A stretch of DNA of 64,000 nucleotides from Macrostomum hystrix (Eukaryota > Animalia > Platyhelminthes). The stretch lies in assembly GCA_950097015.1 (NCBI GenBank), contig CATNEN010000013.1, positions 682,001 through 746,000 of the forward strand, in the 5' to 3' direction. Below are positions 36,347 to 49,689 of the stretch, piece by piece. A program made the position numbers and the translations under genes. How positions within the stretch are numbered: position 1 is the stretch's first letter; each line of letters opens with the position of its first letter. The notes under the pieces were generated by a model. That model worked only from the letters and a program-made list of their open reading frames with translations. It did no database searches and was not told the origin of the DNA.

Positions 36347-37075
36347 TATCTCATCCAATCTCATCTGATCCAATCTCATCTGATCCAATCTCATCTGATC
36401 CAATCTCATCTGATCCAATCTCATCTGATCCAATCTCATCTGATCCAATCTCATCTGATCCAATCTCATCTGATCCAATCTCATCTGATCCAATCTCATC
36501 TGATCCAATCTCATCTGATCCAATCTCATCTGATCCAATCTCATCTGATCCAATCTCATCTGATCCAATCTCATCTGATCCAATCTCATCTGATCCAATC
36601 TCATCTGATCCAATCTCATCTGATCCAATCTCATCTGATCCAATCTCATCTGATCCAATCTCATCTGATCCAATCTCATCTGATCCAATCTCATCTGATC
36701 CAATCTCATCTGATCCAATCTCATCTGATCCAATCTCATCTGATCCAATCTCATCTGATCCAATCTCATCTGATCCAATCTCATCTGATCCAATCTCATC
36801 TGATCCAATCTCATCTGATCCAATCTCATCTGATCCAATCTCATCTGATCCAATCTCATCTGATCCAATCTCATCTGATCCAATCTCATCTGATCCAATC
36901 TCATCTGATCCAATCTCATCTGATCCAATCTCATCTGATCCAATCTCATCTAATCCAATCTCATCTGATCCAATCTCATCTGATCCAATCTCATCTGATC
37001 CAATCTCATCTGATCCAATCTCATCTGATCCAATCTCATCTGATCCAATCTCATTTGATCTAATCTCATCTAATC
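36347..37075. repeat. 15-bp minisatellite (tctcatctgatccaa)n, nearly perfect
   Basis: About 48 units, essentially invariant until ~36950, degenerating at the 3' edge. Confidence 0.97.
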
Positions 37076-37758
37076 TAATCTTATCTTATTTAGTCTCAAC
37101 AGATCTAATCTCATTTGATCTAATCTCATCTTATCATCTCTCATCGGATCTAATCTCATTGGTTCGATTCTCATTTAACTTAATCTCATGGGATCTATTG
37201 ACAAAAAGTCAAATCGCCAGACCCTATTAGGGTTATTATTTGTAGAACAGCAAAGAGGCACTTAGAATTAGTTGAATTCTAAGAATGTCTTGCATTTCCA
37301 TGCCACTTTAAACCGAATCCCAACTGACACTCCAGTCTGCTTTCTAGGTCTCGAATTACCTTTCTGTTCGGTAATTCCGTTGAATCTCTAGAGTGCTACA
37401 AGAGAGTGCGGAGCTTCAAGGAAATGATTTGAAGGCTGTTAAACTGGCCTCTCAAATTTCTATGGGCAACCAGCTGAGGGAAGTTAAGGATAAGGTGCCT
37501 TGTTGGTTTGGGAACACGGGATTTGTTTAGCGTGTTTTCAGAGTCGCTATTGAATACTTGGGTAAGACATATTCAGCTTTTGTTTATTGCTGTACCGAAA
37601 ATTTTTAACGAAATTAAAAATATTAGTTGCTTCAATAATTATTTATTGGACGCCACACCCCAGCCTCCATTATCCCTGCTGATGCTGGCACCCATTTAAC
37701 AGCTGGATGAATTGAAGCAATGCAGACTTAATTGTTTTGCTAAAGGACACAAATTGTT

Positions 37759-37831
37759 GCACTGGAGTCGAGAATCGAACCCCCGACCTTCAATTCGTGA
37801 GTCTGAAACTCTAACCACAAAGCATTGGTCC
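37759..37831 (-). mobile_element. tRNA-derived SINE head (family B), degenerate
   Basis: Minus strand: ...tgtggttagag...aggtcgggggttcgattctcgactcca (A/B-box-like); shares aggtcg.gggttcgat.c.cgactcca with 60140-60160. Confidence 0.55.
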
Positions 37832-38414
37832 TATAACCTCATTCGAATATTTATTTCCAAGATTATCAAGGCTCCAAAATTCAGACAAGATTATAGCGGC
37901 CTTCAGTCTTACTTCCTGAACAAAACGACGGGGGTTAGATTTCGGCATGCGTTAATGTCAACTCTCAGTGATTTGCGTTCGCTAGTGGGTGGAAGTGAAA
38001 ATATAAATACACCAACGGAACCGCACACCAGCCAATTCGATAAAATCAGTATTTTAGCTACAGAAATACCGCCGCAACCTGACTTCACTGCATGGAGACA
38101 CACTGCTATCTCTAACCCGACCCGACAATTGATGCTTTTTAGTGTTGGTAATTCAATGCTATCTGTATTTCTGACATTTCTGCAGTGCTATCTTACTTGT
38201 CTGGCTAGAGCATACCAACAGGTGCCGTTATTCAATAGTGTCAGCAAAAACTATTGCTGACACTAAGATTGGGCCATTGTGTCTAAAAACAGATACCTAA
38301 TTAATGCAAGGGAGAGAGGCAGAGAGAGATGGTCAAATGGGATGAAGGAAGGAGATAAGGAGATGAGGAAGATGATCAGAAGAGGATCAAAAGAAGGAAG
38401 AGGAAGAGGATCAG

Positions 38415-38800
38415 GAGGAGGACAGGATCAGAAGGAGGACAGGATCAGAAGGAGGACAGGATCAGAAGGAGGACAGGATCAGAAGGAGGACAGGATCAGA
38501 AGGAGGACAGGATCAGAAGGAGGACAGGATCAGAAGGAGGACAGGATCAGAAGGAGGACAGGATCAGAAGGAGGACAGGATCAGAAGAAGAAGGAAGAGG
38601 ATGAGAAGAAGGAAGAGGATGAGAAGAAGGCAGAGGAAGAGGATCAAATGAGGAAGAGGATCAGAAGGAGGAAGAGGATGAGAAGAAGGCAGAGGAAGAG
38701 GATCAAATGAGGAAGAGGATCAGAAGGAGGAAGAGGATGAGAAGAAGGCAGAGGATCAAATGAGGAAGAGGATCAGAAGGAGGAAGAGGATGAGATGGAG
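38415..38800. repeat. Purine-rich repeat: 17-bp (ggaggacaggatcagaa)n followed by longer GA-rich duplicated units
   Basis: Seen directly. Confidence 0.9.
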
Positions 38801-40949
38801 GAAATGATAGAAGAAGCGGATCAGACAGGAGAAAAGTGGGTGAAGTGAGTCGAAAAAGCTGCATCAGTTCATTTATGCAGGCACCAATGATGCGTCAGCG
38901 AATTTATGTTTGAGTGGCAAGTGTTTCGGGACAGCGCCTGCGAGGCAATATCATGTTAATTGCGGTTTCGATTCTTTGATGACCGCCTGCTGGATTTTTC
39001 AGAAAGATAATTACGTAACAGTGTCCTCTCTGGCCGGTGTCTCTCGACTTCATCGTTGCGTAAGCTGGACAAAACAGAGGGCGAGAAACTACGATTTTTG
39101 ATTGGCTGTAGAGTGCTTTTTAAATCGTTGATGAAGCAGCAGCAGAAGTGGTTGGCAGCATTCGATTTGAATCAGGCACCATCAAATACAAATAAATGAC
39201 TGTCGACTAGCGAAATTGTCGAAAAATTGAATGAGTTACATTGCTGAACAGGGGCCAGTGGCGATAGAAAATCCATTGAAATAAATCGTGTATGCATAGA
39301 AAAGTAACTTTTAGATCACAGATTTAGCTCTAGCTGAAGGCGTCTTCAGTTCACTTGGCAGTTCTTCTGTTCCAGCTCCTCCAGCTCTATCTCTCTTACT
39401 ATGTTTGTTATCAGTTTTCTTTATTTCTTTCTACCCCCTTCCTCTTTTCTGATTGGTCGCCGTCTCGCCTCGACAGGCTAAGACTCTGATTCTCTCACCC
39501 TACTGTACACCCACCCCCACTCTGTGCCTTTAACCCACCCCTCACAAGCCTCCGCCTGTTCTGGTATGATTATTTACCCAAACTAGTTGCGGCTGCCTAC
39601 AGGCCAGCGTTAGACATGCATTTTTTCCATTTCCTCGACTTACTGCGTTCTCGCATATCGGTGTCAATTATGCCATGAATCTTCCTCACGCGCAGTTCCG
39701 GCAGAAGAAAAGGGTATTCATTATAATTCCAGGCCGACACTCACCAACAGGTTAATCACTCAAGATGCCAGGCCAAAAATTTTTAGTTTTCCTTAGTAAT
39801 TTTTTCCATCAGGTATTGCTCTGAAATGTACACACACAGATATGGGTTGCCACTCGCGTGCGTGCTTCAGTTGAATAATTCCTGGCTTCTAAAATTTCCC
39901 ATTTTGAACAAATTCGCAGCACTTCCGGTGCCATCCCGCTATTTCAGTTGCGTAACTCTATTCAGTTTTTCATATTAGCCGACGCTAGTCGCTGGGAACA
40001 AAATATCGAGGACAAGGCCAACAAAAAATGCATCCCACCCGCGGCTCCTCCTCTGCCCCGCCCCTCCAAGTTTAATTAAATCTGTAAATTGACCTCGCCT
40101 GCCCCTTCCATGCTGGCGCGCAATTTTTTCCCTTCTTCATCAATCCAGCAATTTTTTGTGCCATGCTCCCAAAGGCAGCCACTTCGCCGCTTATTTAGAA
40201 GCTAAATTCACATTTTTCACATCCCTCCCTTGTCTCCCCTATAGTCCTCAGGCACAGGAAAATTGCAAGGCCGCGGGTTGCCAATGTAAACTGAACTCTG
40301 AGGCTATCGATTCCACTTACAAAACCCGGTCAAGACACTCCCAAACCTCTCGTCACCCATCCTAAACTTCCAAACCTCAGAAACGGGCAGACTTCTAAAA
40401 CTGGAACGTTTAATTTGGTCAACAAACCTAAACAGAAATCACATTTCATTTTAGTTATCATGTTGTCTGGTATGTAGTTGCTAAATAATTCTAACTACCG
40501 TCATTGCTGTTCATAGTGTTTGTTTAAGCTATGCGAGATAGCTTCTAGTTTAGTATGGCATGGGGATCTTAGGCTCAAACTGACGATATATTTGCTCAAA
40601 ACCTTCTACTCACAGTTGCTGCGTTAGTGCATGTAACTGTTTCATTTTTACCCAGCCAACTGAGCAAACAAGCAGCTGTGACAACTCACACACTAGCAGG
40701 GGTGCCTACTCATTGTCATCCCATCATTGTGCACACACAGGCGCACGCATAGGCACACCGAAGCCGTGATCACGACAATCCAGGACACCAAGACACTTGA
40801 ACAAAAAGTGCAGATAATTTTCCTGAATGAAACCGCTTCGTTCAAATTGTTACTTCTGAATCACTTTTTTGGCCCCAGAAATTATTCGGTCGCCGTAGTT
40901 GATTAAAGACTAAAAGATTAAATTGATTGACTATTTTTCTACGTGAAGA

Positions 40950-41115
40950 TTCTAGTGATATTGGTAGGTGAGTTTAACTGGGAGGTCAGGAGTTCGAATC
41001 TCGGCCCTGACCTGACAAAGTGTAAACAATTTGTCTCATTAAGCAAGATACTTGATTCCCCATTGTTTCACTTCACTCGGCTGTAAAACACATGCTGGTA
41101 CCCACCAGCATTAGT
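40950..41115 (+). mobile_element. Degenerate tRNA/CORE-like SINE copy
   Basis: B-box ggagttcgaatctc; body ttcactcggctgtaaaa...cattagttggg similar to 60200-60245. Confidence 0.5.
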
Positions 41116-42617
41116 TGGGCTAGAAATCAGAGAAATCAGTCCATGGACTGAACAGCTGTACATAGCTTTGGAAGCAACTGTCCCACGGATATGCATCTGG
41201 CTCAACATAAATGCTATTTCTAAGTCTCTTCTCTTATAATTCTCACTCTTCTTTAGGGTCAGTGAGTTGTCGATCGATTTAGTTTTTACCATAGACTATA
41301 AACACACTAAACGGATACAAAATGATCTCAGAATGATGTACTCATTCTGAGACTCAACGATGTAGACATTCTCATAGTGGACAATCTCAGATCCCAAAAA
41401 CCAGGTTTCGCTCATTCTCACTCTTATTAACAACAGGGAGTACTTCGAGTGTTTCTCCATCTCCCCGGACTCTCTTCATTTCCACTCAATCTCCAGCAGT
41501 CTAAGCCGCGTCTTTAGTTCGTGCCTCAGATGAATTCCAGATGAAATCAGGCTGTGGGTGAGAGTCACGAGTGCGACTTGTGAGGACTGCACATAAACTC
41601 GAGTCCATGACATTGCGTGCCACTGGTAATTACTTTCTGAGCCAATAATATACTACAACTGTCTCCTCCACTTTACAACTACTCCAAGTTACTAGGCTTC
41701 GATTTTAGCAGGTGTATAGTAGCTAGCCCGAGATGCCGGGCCTGCAATATGCTGTAGCTTCGTCAGTTTGCATGAATTTATAGTCCTAGATAGTGGAGTG
41801 AACCCTACGACACAAGAACTCAAATACAAATGCAGATTTTTGAAAAGGTCACTTAGAGACCATATTAGACTAAAATTATTTTACAGTAGTCCTGTTCTAA
41901 TTAACAGGTAACTATTTCCCACGATTTTGCACCACGATTTTGCAAAAACCATGTTTACATTAGCTTTTAAGTTCAGGCTTCAATCCAGCCATGTTTCCAG
42001 ATTCAGTCGCGCCCTCAGGCATGCCTCGTCGTCCGATGTTTCTTTCACGCATTCCCCCTTAATAAACTTTCGTCCGCATGGCAACCGATAAAGTCTAAGT
42101 GCAGTCAGGTGGCGGATGCCGCTCCAACAGAAAGTAGCCAAGGTGCAGGGGCAAACCGTGCAGAATAGTTCGACAGCTGCGGGACATAGAGATGGACAAA
42201 CTAAAATGAGGTAAGTTAGTGATCTGACATTCCCGTCAATTCTAGTCAGGCAGCTAGCAGCGGACCTACAGGTTAAAAATGACTATTCCCACAAGCCTCA
42301 ATTGACTGGCATGGCCTTCCAAACCGACCCCGGCATTGCCTATTTATAAGGTCACTGGGGGGTAGGTCAGTCGGGCTGTCTTTAAAAAGAAAAGAAAAAT
42401 AGCAGATTTAAAGTTTCGACGAAGGTTTATATATAGGCAGAGTCTTGCCATCATTTTCTTCTTGCTTCGAATCCCACCAACAGTGGAAACGACGCGAATG
42501 CAAAGCAAATTAAGACGAGACATGCTTTCTTGACGAATGGGTACTTTGCGATAATTTGAAGCAATCGATAATAAAAAAGACAAATAAATTAATAAAGGTT
42601 TAGAATCGAAAAAAGGC

Positions 42618-43000
42618 GGGGGTTCGGTGGCAGAGCGGTTAACGCGTTTGCCTCTTGCACCAAGGTCCCTAAGTTCGATTCCACGGCGAGGCCACATTTA
42701 TTTGGGGCGCAGCCGCGGAGAGAAGGCTTGGGGGCTCGTCGTGCAATTTACGCTTTTGAGGGCCAACCTCCAAGGCACAATTAAATGTACACTGCCTGAC
42801 GATGAGAAAGTCAGGGCAGATGTACACACCTGTGTGAGCGTATGCCTGCGACCTGCGTACAGTATCTGTGTGCGTGTGTGCTCAGGAGTCAGCGAAATGG
42901 GCAGTATTGCCTCCTCGCTGGCTGCGGGTCTAGTGTCACTAAATGATATGCCACTGCCCGCAGCCCTCCTGCAATTATTATTATTATTTATATTTTTATT
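42618..43000 (+). mobile_element. Full-length tRNA-derived SINE (family A) with (TTA)n tail and target-site duplication
   Basis: A-box tggcagagcgg, B-box gttcgattc, (tta)n tail at ~42974-43000. Flanked by atcgaaaaaaggc (42605-42617) and atcgaaaaaggc (43001-43012). Body homologous to 59830-60090 and 60917-61160. Confidence 0.8.
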
Positions 43001-45099
43001 ATCGAAAAAGGCAAAATCCGCTAATCTCTTTCCAGTTAATTACAAAGCTTTTGTGAAATCGACGCCGAATTAGTGATAAGAAAGACTGCATGTCTAAATT
43101 CGATATTGTTTATATCAGTTTTCCACCTAGAGGCACTAATTCTTGGATGAAATGTAAAAATTTATGCAAAAGCCATAAATTTGAAAACTTATGTGTAACG
43201 CATTTTTCTAACCCTGGATTTCCTGTCCAGCCTCTCAGCGGGAGTGCACCATGGTAATAAAAGATTGGAGACACCTTCTTTCGCATCGCAATTAGTTTAT
43301 GTTAATTTGTTGCAATAATCTGCAGTACCTGTCTCCTCTCTCTCCTCCCTGCCCTTCGGCATCAAATTAAATATCCATTTTGCAAATTATCACTCAGGGT
43401 ATTCGTCCCATAACAGATCCTAGAAAACAGTCCCCATAACAGATACTAAAAACTAGTCACTGCCAACATTGAGCAGTCGGCCTCGTCACTCTCGTGTCAG
43501 ATGCTTCCAGTGTTCTATAGTTCTAGTTCTAGTTCTAAGTGCAGATCCTTTCCCTTCTTTCTGTTTTATTTCTATTTAACTTCCCGTGTGTACAAACACA
43601 CAAAACGCGCTTCCCTGTCTATCAGCTCACAGGCATCACTCTCTCAGTTCTCTCTGTACCAGCTGCAGCCGTGGCAGCAATAGCAGCAGCGGCAGCAGCA
43701 GCACCGGTAGCGAAACCTCTCCTACCTTTCCACTCCTTCATAGGAGAGACAGAGACAAGCGGAGAAAAAAAGTTGATTGGCACGACCGGAGTGTGGCCTC
43801 GCCTGGGCTCACGGCGACATCTAAACCCTGTCAATCACCTGGAGAGAGGGGGGTGAGAGAGGGCGAGGTCTGGGGTCTGTCTGAAGCTACTGGCCAGTTT
43901 GTCTCCTAGGGAGAGGCCGGGTGGGTAAGTCCCTAGCAAGCAGTCCTCCAGAAGCAACCAAAACGCCCTATGTGTATCTATCAATAGCCATCTATTAAAG
44001 CATTGCCTGAAATAGACCCTTCGGTTTGGAGGGCAAACTCTGACAATCATCTGCAATTGCAAACTGGAGCTGGTGAGAGTGAATGACTGTAGGCTAGAGA
44101 GTCCGTCACGTTGATGAATATTAGACAGGCTGTGATAGATAATGAATGGGGTGAAGCTATGCAACTTAAATTAGAGTGGATTTAGTTGTGACAGCATGAA
44201 ACAGAAAACTGTTTAACATCCAATATGCAAGGCTTGTATAAACACTAATTAAAAATCAATGAGTGGCTGGACACTTCATTTACACTCTTGAATGAAATTT
44301 CAATGCGTATAAAAGTAGGATGACTGCATAGCATGGCTGTGGGAAAGTTAATTTAGTTAAAAAGAAACGCGTTTTAAATAGATGAACAAAACATGGGAAG
44401 GTGTGTTTTTAGTTCTTCCGTAGCACGCAGTAAAAATAGGCAAAGTTAATAAGTTAGCCAAGTGGCTGCGGACCACTCTGCCCCCCTCTATCCCTTGGGA
44501 TCGAACCCATTTAGTTTTTTTTAGTGTCCGTGAGCGCATTGAGAGGATTAGGGAAGGCAGCATTCTGCTCTCCTGTTGAAGTGGGAGTTGGCTTAAGAAG
44601 TCACGCACTGGTCAGTTCGCTCATTCACTCTGAGGTGCAATTCCCCCCCCGTGTAGTATACACTTGGGGCCAGTAGGTCTACGTTTAACGCTATTTTTCA
44701 GTTCTGTCTTGGGAGCGGAGAGAAACAAGAAACAGTTTCCAAGAATCAGTGAATTTTCCAAGCCAAGCCAATTTTTTTCAAATAGAGATTATTTTGACAC
44801 GAACCTGAAATTGTGCAGTCAAGTCTGAAATCCTTATTTTTCAATAATTAATAGGGGATAAGTCCACATGGGGTGGCTTATTCATTCGATTAAAAGACCT
44901 AATCTCCCAGTTAAATATGGATTAACCCTGATATCATTAGCTGTAAAACCCAGGATTTTAATTGCAATCAGAGCTAGGCTGGTGCTGAGCGTTGGGATCA
45001 GCACTGCGATTGGGATTGGGATCAGGATCAAGAGTAGCATAATCATTTAATTTGGGATTTTGAGTGTGATCAGGATCAGATCAGATTTATATTTGAGAT

Positions 45100-48000
45100 A
45101 AGGGTTGGGATCAGGATTATAATTCAGATGAGGCTTGGGATCAGGATTATATTTGAGATAAGAGTTGGGATCAGGATTATATTTGAGATAAGAGTTGGGA
45201 TCTGGATTGTAATTGAGATAAGAGTTGGGATCAGGATTATATTTGAGATAAGAGTTGGGATCAGGATTATAATTGAGATAAGAGTTGGGATCAGGATTGT
45301 AATTGAGATGAGGGTTGGGATCAGGATTGTAATTGAGATAAGAGTTGGGATCTGGATTTTAATTGAGATAAGGGTTGGGATCAGGATTATATTTGAGATA
45401 AGAGTTGGGATCAGGATTGTAATTGAGATAAGTGTTGGGATCAGGATTATATTTGAGATAAGAGTTGGGATCAGGATTGTAATTGAGATAAGTGTTGGGA
45501 TCAGGATTGTAATTGAGATAAGAGTTGGGATCAGGATTGTAATTGAGATAAGAGTTGGGATCAGGATTGTAATTGAGATTAGGGTTGGGATCAGGATTGT
45601 AATTGAGATAAGGGTTGGGATCTGGATTGTAATTGAGATAAGAGTTGGGATCAGGATTGTAATTGAGATAAGAGTTGGGATCTGGATTGTAATTGAGATA
45701 AGAGTTGGGATCAGGATTATATTTGAGATAAGAGTTGGGATCAGGATTGTAATTGAGATAAGTGTTGGGATCTGGATTGTAATTGAGATAAGTGTTGGGA
45801 TCTGGATTGTAATTGAGATAAGGGTTGGGATCTGGATTGTAATTGAGATAAGGGTTGGGATCAGGATTATAATTGAGATAAGAGTTGGGATCAGGATTGC
45901 AATTGAGATTAGGGTTGGGATCAGGATTGCAATTGAGATTAGGGTTGGGATCAGGATTGTAATTGAGATGAGGGTTGGGATCAGGATTGTAATTGAGATA
46001 AGAGTTGGGATCTGGATTTTAATTGAGATAAGGGTTGGGATCAGGATTATATTTGAGATAAGAGTTGGGATCAGGATTGTAATTGAGATAAGTGTTGGGA
46101 TCAGGATTATATTTGAGATAAGAGTTGGGATCAGGATTGTAATTGAGATAAGTGTTGGGATCAGGATTGTAATTGAGATAAGAGTTGGGATCAGGATTGT
46201 AATTGAGATAAGGGTTGGGATCAGGATTGTAATTGAGATAAGGGTTGGGATCTGGATTGTAATTGAGTTAAGAGTTGGGATCTGGATTGTAATTGAGATA
46301 AGAGTTGGGATCAGGATTGTAATTGAGATAAGGGTTGGGATCAGGATTGTAATTGAGATAAGGGTTGGGATCTGGATTGTAATTGAGATAAGAGTTGGGA
46401 TCAGGATTGTAATTGAGATAAGAGTTGGGATCAGGATTGTAATTGAGATAAGGGTTGGGATCAGGATTGTAATTGAGATAAGGGTTGGGATCTGGATTGT
46501 AATTGAGATAAGAGTTGGGATCAGGATTGTAATTGAGATAAGAGTTGGGATCTGGATTGTAATTGAGATAAGTGTTGGGATCTGGATTGTAATTGAGATA
46601 TGGGTTGGGATCTGGATTGTAATTGAGATAAGGGTTGGGATCAGGATTATAATTGAGATAAGAGTTGGGATCAGGATTGTAATTGAGATGAGGGTTGGGA
46701 TCAGGATTATAATTGAGATAAGAGTTGGGATCAGGATTATAATTGAGATAAGTGTTGGGATCTGGATTGTAATTGAGATAAGGGTTGGGATCAGGATTAT
46801 AATTGAGATAAGAGTTGGGATCAGGATTATAATTGAGATAAGAGTTGGGATCAGGATTGTAATTGAGATGAGGGTTGGGATCAGGATTGTAATTGAGATA
46901 AGAGTTGGGATCTGAATTTTAATTGAGATAAGGGTTGGGATCAGGATTATATTTGAGATAAGAGTTGGGATCAGGATTGTAATTGAGATAAGTGTTGGGA
47001 TCAGGATTATATTTGAGATAAGAGTTGGGATCAGGATTGTAATTGAGATAAGTGTTGGGATCAGGATTGTAAGTGAGATAAGAGTTGGGATCAGGATTGT
47101 AATTGAGATAAGAGTTGGGATCAGGATTGTAATTGAGATAAGGGTTGGGATCAGGATTGTAATTGAGATAAGGGTTGGGATCTGGATTGTAATTGAGATA
47201 AGAGTTGGGATCAGGATTGTAATTGAGATAAGAGTTGGGATCTGGATTGTAATTGAGATAAGAGTTGGGATCAGGATTATATTTGAGATAAGAGTTGGGA
47301 TCAGGATTGTAATTGAGATAAGTGTTGGGATCTGGATTGTAATTGAGATAAGAGTTGGGATCAGGATTGTAATTGAGATAAGTGTTGGGATCTGGATTGT
47401 AATTGAGATAAGTGTTGGGATCTGGATTGTAATTGAGATAAGGGTTGGGATCTGGATTGTAATTGAGATAAGGGTTGGGATCAGGATTATAATTGAGATA
47501 AGAGTTGGGATCAGGATTGCAATTGAGATTAGGGTTGGGATCAGGATTGCAATTGAGATTAGGGTTGGGATCAGGATTGCAATTGAGATAAGAGTTGGGA
47601 TCAGGATTGCAATTGAGATGAGGGTTGGGATCAGGATTGTAATTGAGATTAGGGTTGGGATCAGGATTGCAATTGAGATAAGAGTTGGGATCAGGATTGT
47701 AATTGAGATGAGGGTTGGGATCAGGATTGCAATTGAGATGAGGGTTGGGATCTGGATTGTAATTGAGATGAGGGTTGGGATCAGGATTGTAATTGAGATA
47801 AGGGTTGGGATCTGGATTGCAATTGAGATAAGAGTTGGGATCAGGATTGTAATTGAGATGAGGGTTGGGATCAGGATTGCAATTGAGATGAGGGTTGGGA
47901 TCTGGATTGTAATTGAGATGAGGGTTGGGATCAGGATTGTAATTGAGATTAGGGTTGGGATCTGGATTGTAATTGAGATAAGAGTTGGGATCAGGATTGT

Positions 48001-48290
48001 AATTGAGATTAGGGTTGGGATCAGGATTGTAATTGAGATTAGGGTTGGGATCTGGATTGTAATTGAGATGAGGGTTGGGATCAGGATTGTAATTGAGATA
48101 AGGGTTGGGATCTGGATTGTAATTGAGATGAGGGTTGGGATCAGGATTATAATTGATATATTAGTGGGGATCTGGATTATAATTGAGATAATATTTGGGA
48201 TCAGGATTATAATTGAAATGAGGGTTGGGATCAGGATTATAATTGAAATAAGGGTTGGGATTCAGTGCTATAATTCAGTGAGATAATATT
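45100..48290. repeat. 30-bp minisatellite (gggatcaggattgtaattgagataagagtt)n, ~3.2 kb, with higher-order structure
   Basis: About 105 units; diagnostic variant blocks recur at 45307, 45967 and 46867. Confidence 0.97.
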
Positions 48291-49689
48291 TGGGATCGGG
48301 ATTATGATTTGGATCAGCTATAATATTTGACTCGAAGCGAAAATTTAAGAATGTTTGCAATAAATCGAATCGATAGAATACATAAATAAATATTTGTTTC
48401 GCGATAAAAATTATTTTAAAAGCTAAATTACGATTTCATCGTAGAAATTTCAAAATGGCATATAGGATTTTTATCCCAGAAAAAACTACGACTGAAATCT
48501 ATAATTCCAAATCAGAAGATGGGGGAGAAGTGGTCCTTAATCGACCCTGAGCGGGAGTAGATTCCGCGACCTCCGCAACTCTCATCTGAGCTGGCAATCT
48601 TTCCTTATTCGGCCTTCCTCTCTGATTGCCTTTTTCTCGGTTCCATGCGTTACGCAACCAAAGTTTTTTTCCCGACAGAATACTTGAGGATTCTATTCCT
48701 GCCTCCGGGGCTGAAATTTTGTATCCTGTTCTGTGATTTTCCGATTTCATTCCGATTTCTAATCCTCCCTCGAACCCAATCTTCGTCTGTTTGAGTCTGG
48801 GAATCTTCAAGCGGCTGGACTTGTTTGAAGATGGGATACTCGGGTGGGGGACATAAGGACGGACTCAGAGCCGCCGTTTGAGCATAGAGGAGAAAGCAGA
48901 AAAAAATAACGTCAGCGTCTTTCGTGTCTGCCTCTTCCGCAGCTCCCACTTAATGGAGCGGAGGTGGGAAAAGAGGATGAAGAGAGAGAGAGAGGGACGG
49001 AGTCTGAGAAGAATAAGAAAGGCCGCAAAATAGCCGCACCCGGTTCTAATTAAAGCTTCTCAGGACGATAGCCGTCCTTAGAGACCGGCTGATCATCGCA
49101 CGGGCCCGGAGGAGAAATAGAAGCTTTAGGGATTGAGCCGCATTGGGGTTAGGAGAGGACACACCAGAGCGAGAGGGGAAGTAGAAATAGGTGGGGGTGG
49201 TGGTTAGGACGCCTCCCGACTGCTCAAATTCTCGCTAGCTGCGAAAAGGGAGAAAAAAGACGGCAGGCAATAAATCAGAGGCCGACAAGGAACGGTGGGG
49301 AAACGCTGCGAAAGGAGAAATGCGAGGGGGAGCGAGGAGAGAATGGAGAATGGCGCTGAGGTGGCGGGTGTCTATGCTAATATTTGGTGATTTTTTTCGC
49401 CCATAGCCCAAAGGTGGCAAGCTGTCTGCCTTGCCGTCATTCTGATTCCAAATAGACACTGGCGCGGCTCAGGATTTGGCCCATAATTCACAGGAATTAA
49501 CCGGCACTCTCACATGCTTTATAGCCCCAATGGGCTTGGGGTTAATCTGCCAGCTGCAGCCGTCCGTTTTGATGAGCTGTTGTTAGGAAGATTATTTACG
49601 AGTGTCGACCGTCTGCCCGAACTGCGTTCTCCGAATTCGAGCTGCACTTTGTTTCTGGGATTACTTTTTATTATCTGGGTCTATGGAGG

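Noticed and set aside
37712-38260. 182-aa ORF
   Set aside because: Overlaps an antisense SINE head, starts at TTG and has no domain signature.
41326-41352. 11-bp stem hairpin tctcagaatga-tgtac-tcattctgaga
   Set aside because: Isolated, with no second copy or functional context; compatible with chance in 64 kb.
42620-42695. Possible tRNA gene
   Set aside because: A and B boxes are present, but I could not fold a proper acceptor or anticodon stem, and the sequence continues into a repeated body, tail and TSD; it is a SINE head.
42787-42830. Functional monomeric hammerhead ribozyme or SECIS element
   Set aside because: Only 3 nt lie between CUGACGA and GAAA, and GAAA abuts GUC, so stems II and III cannot form. 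The other copies lose GUC. No selenoprotein context.
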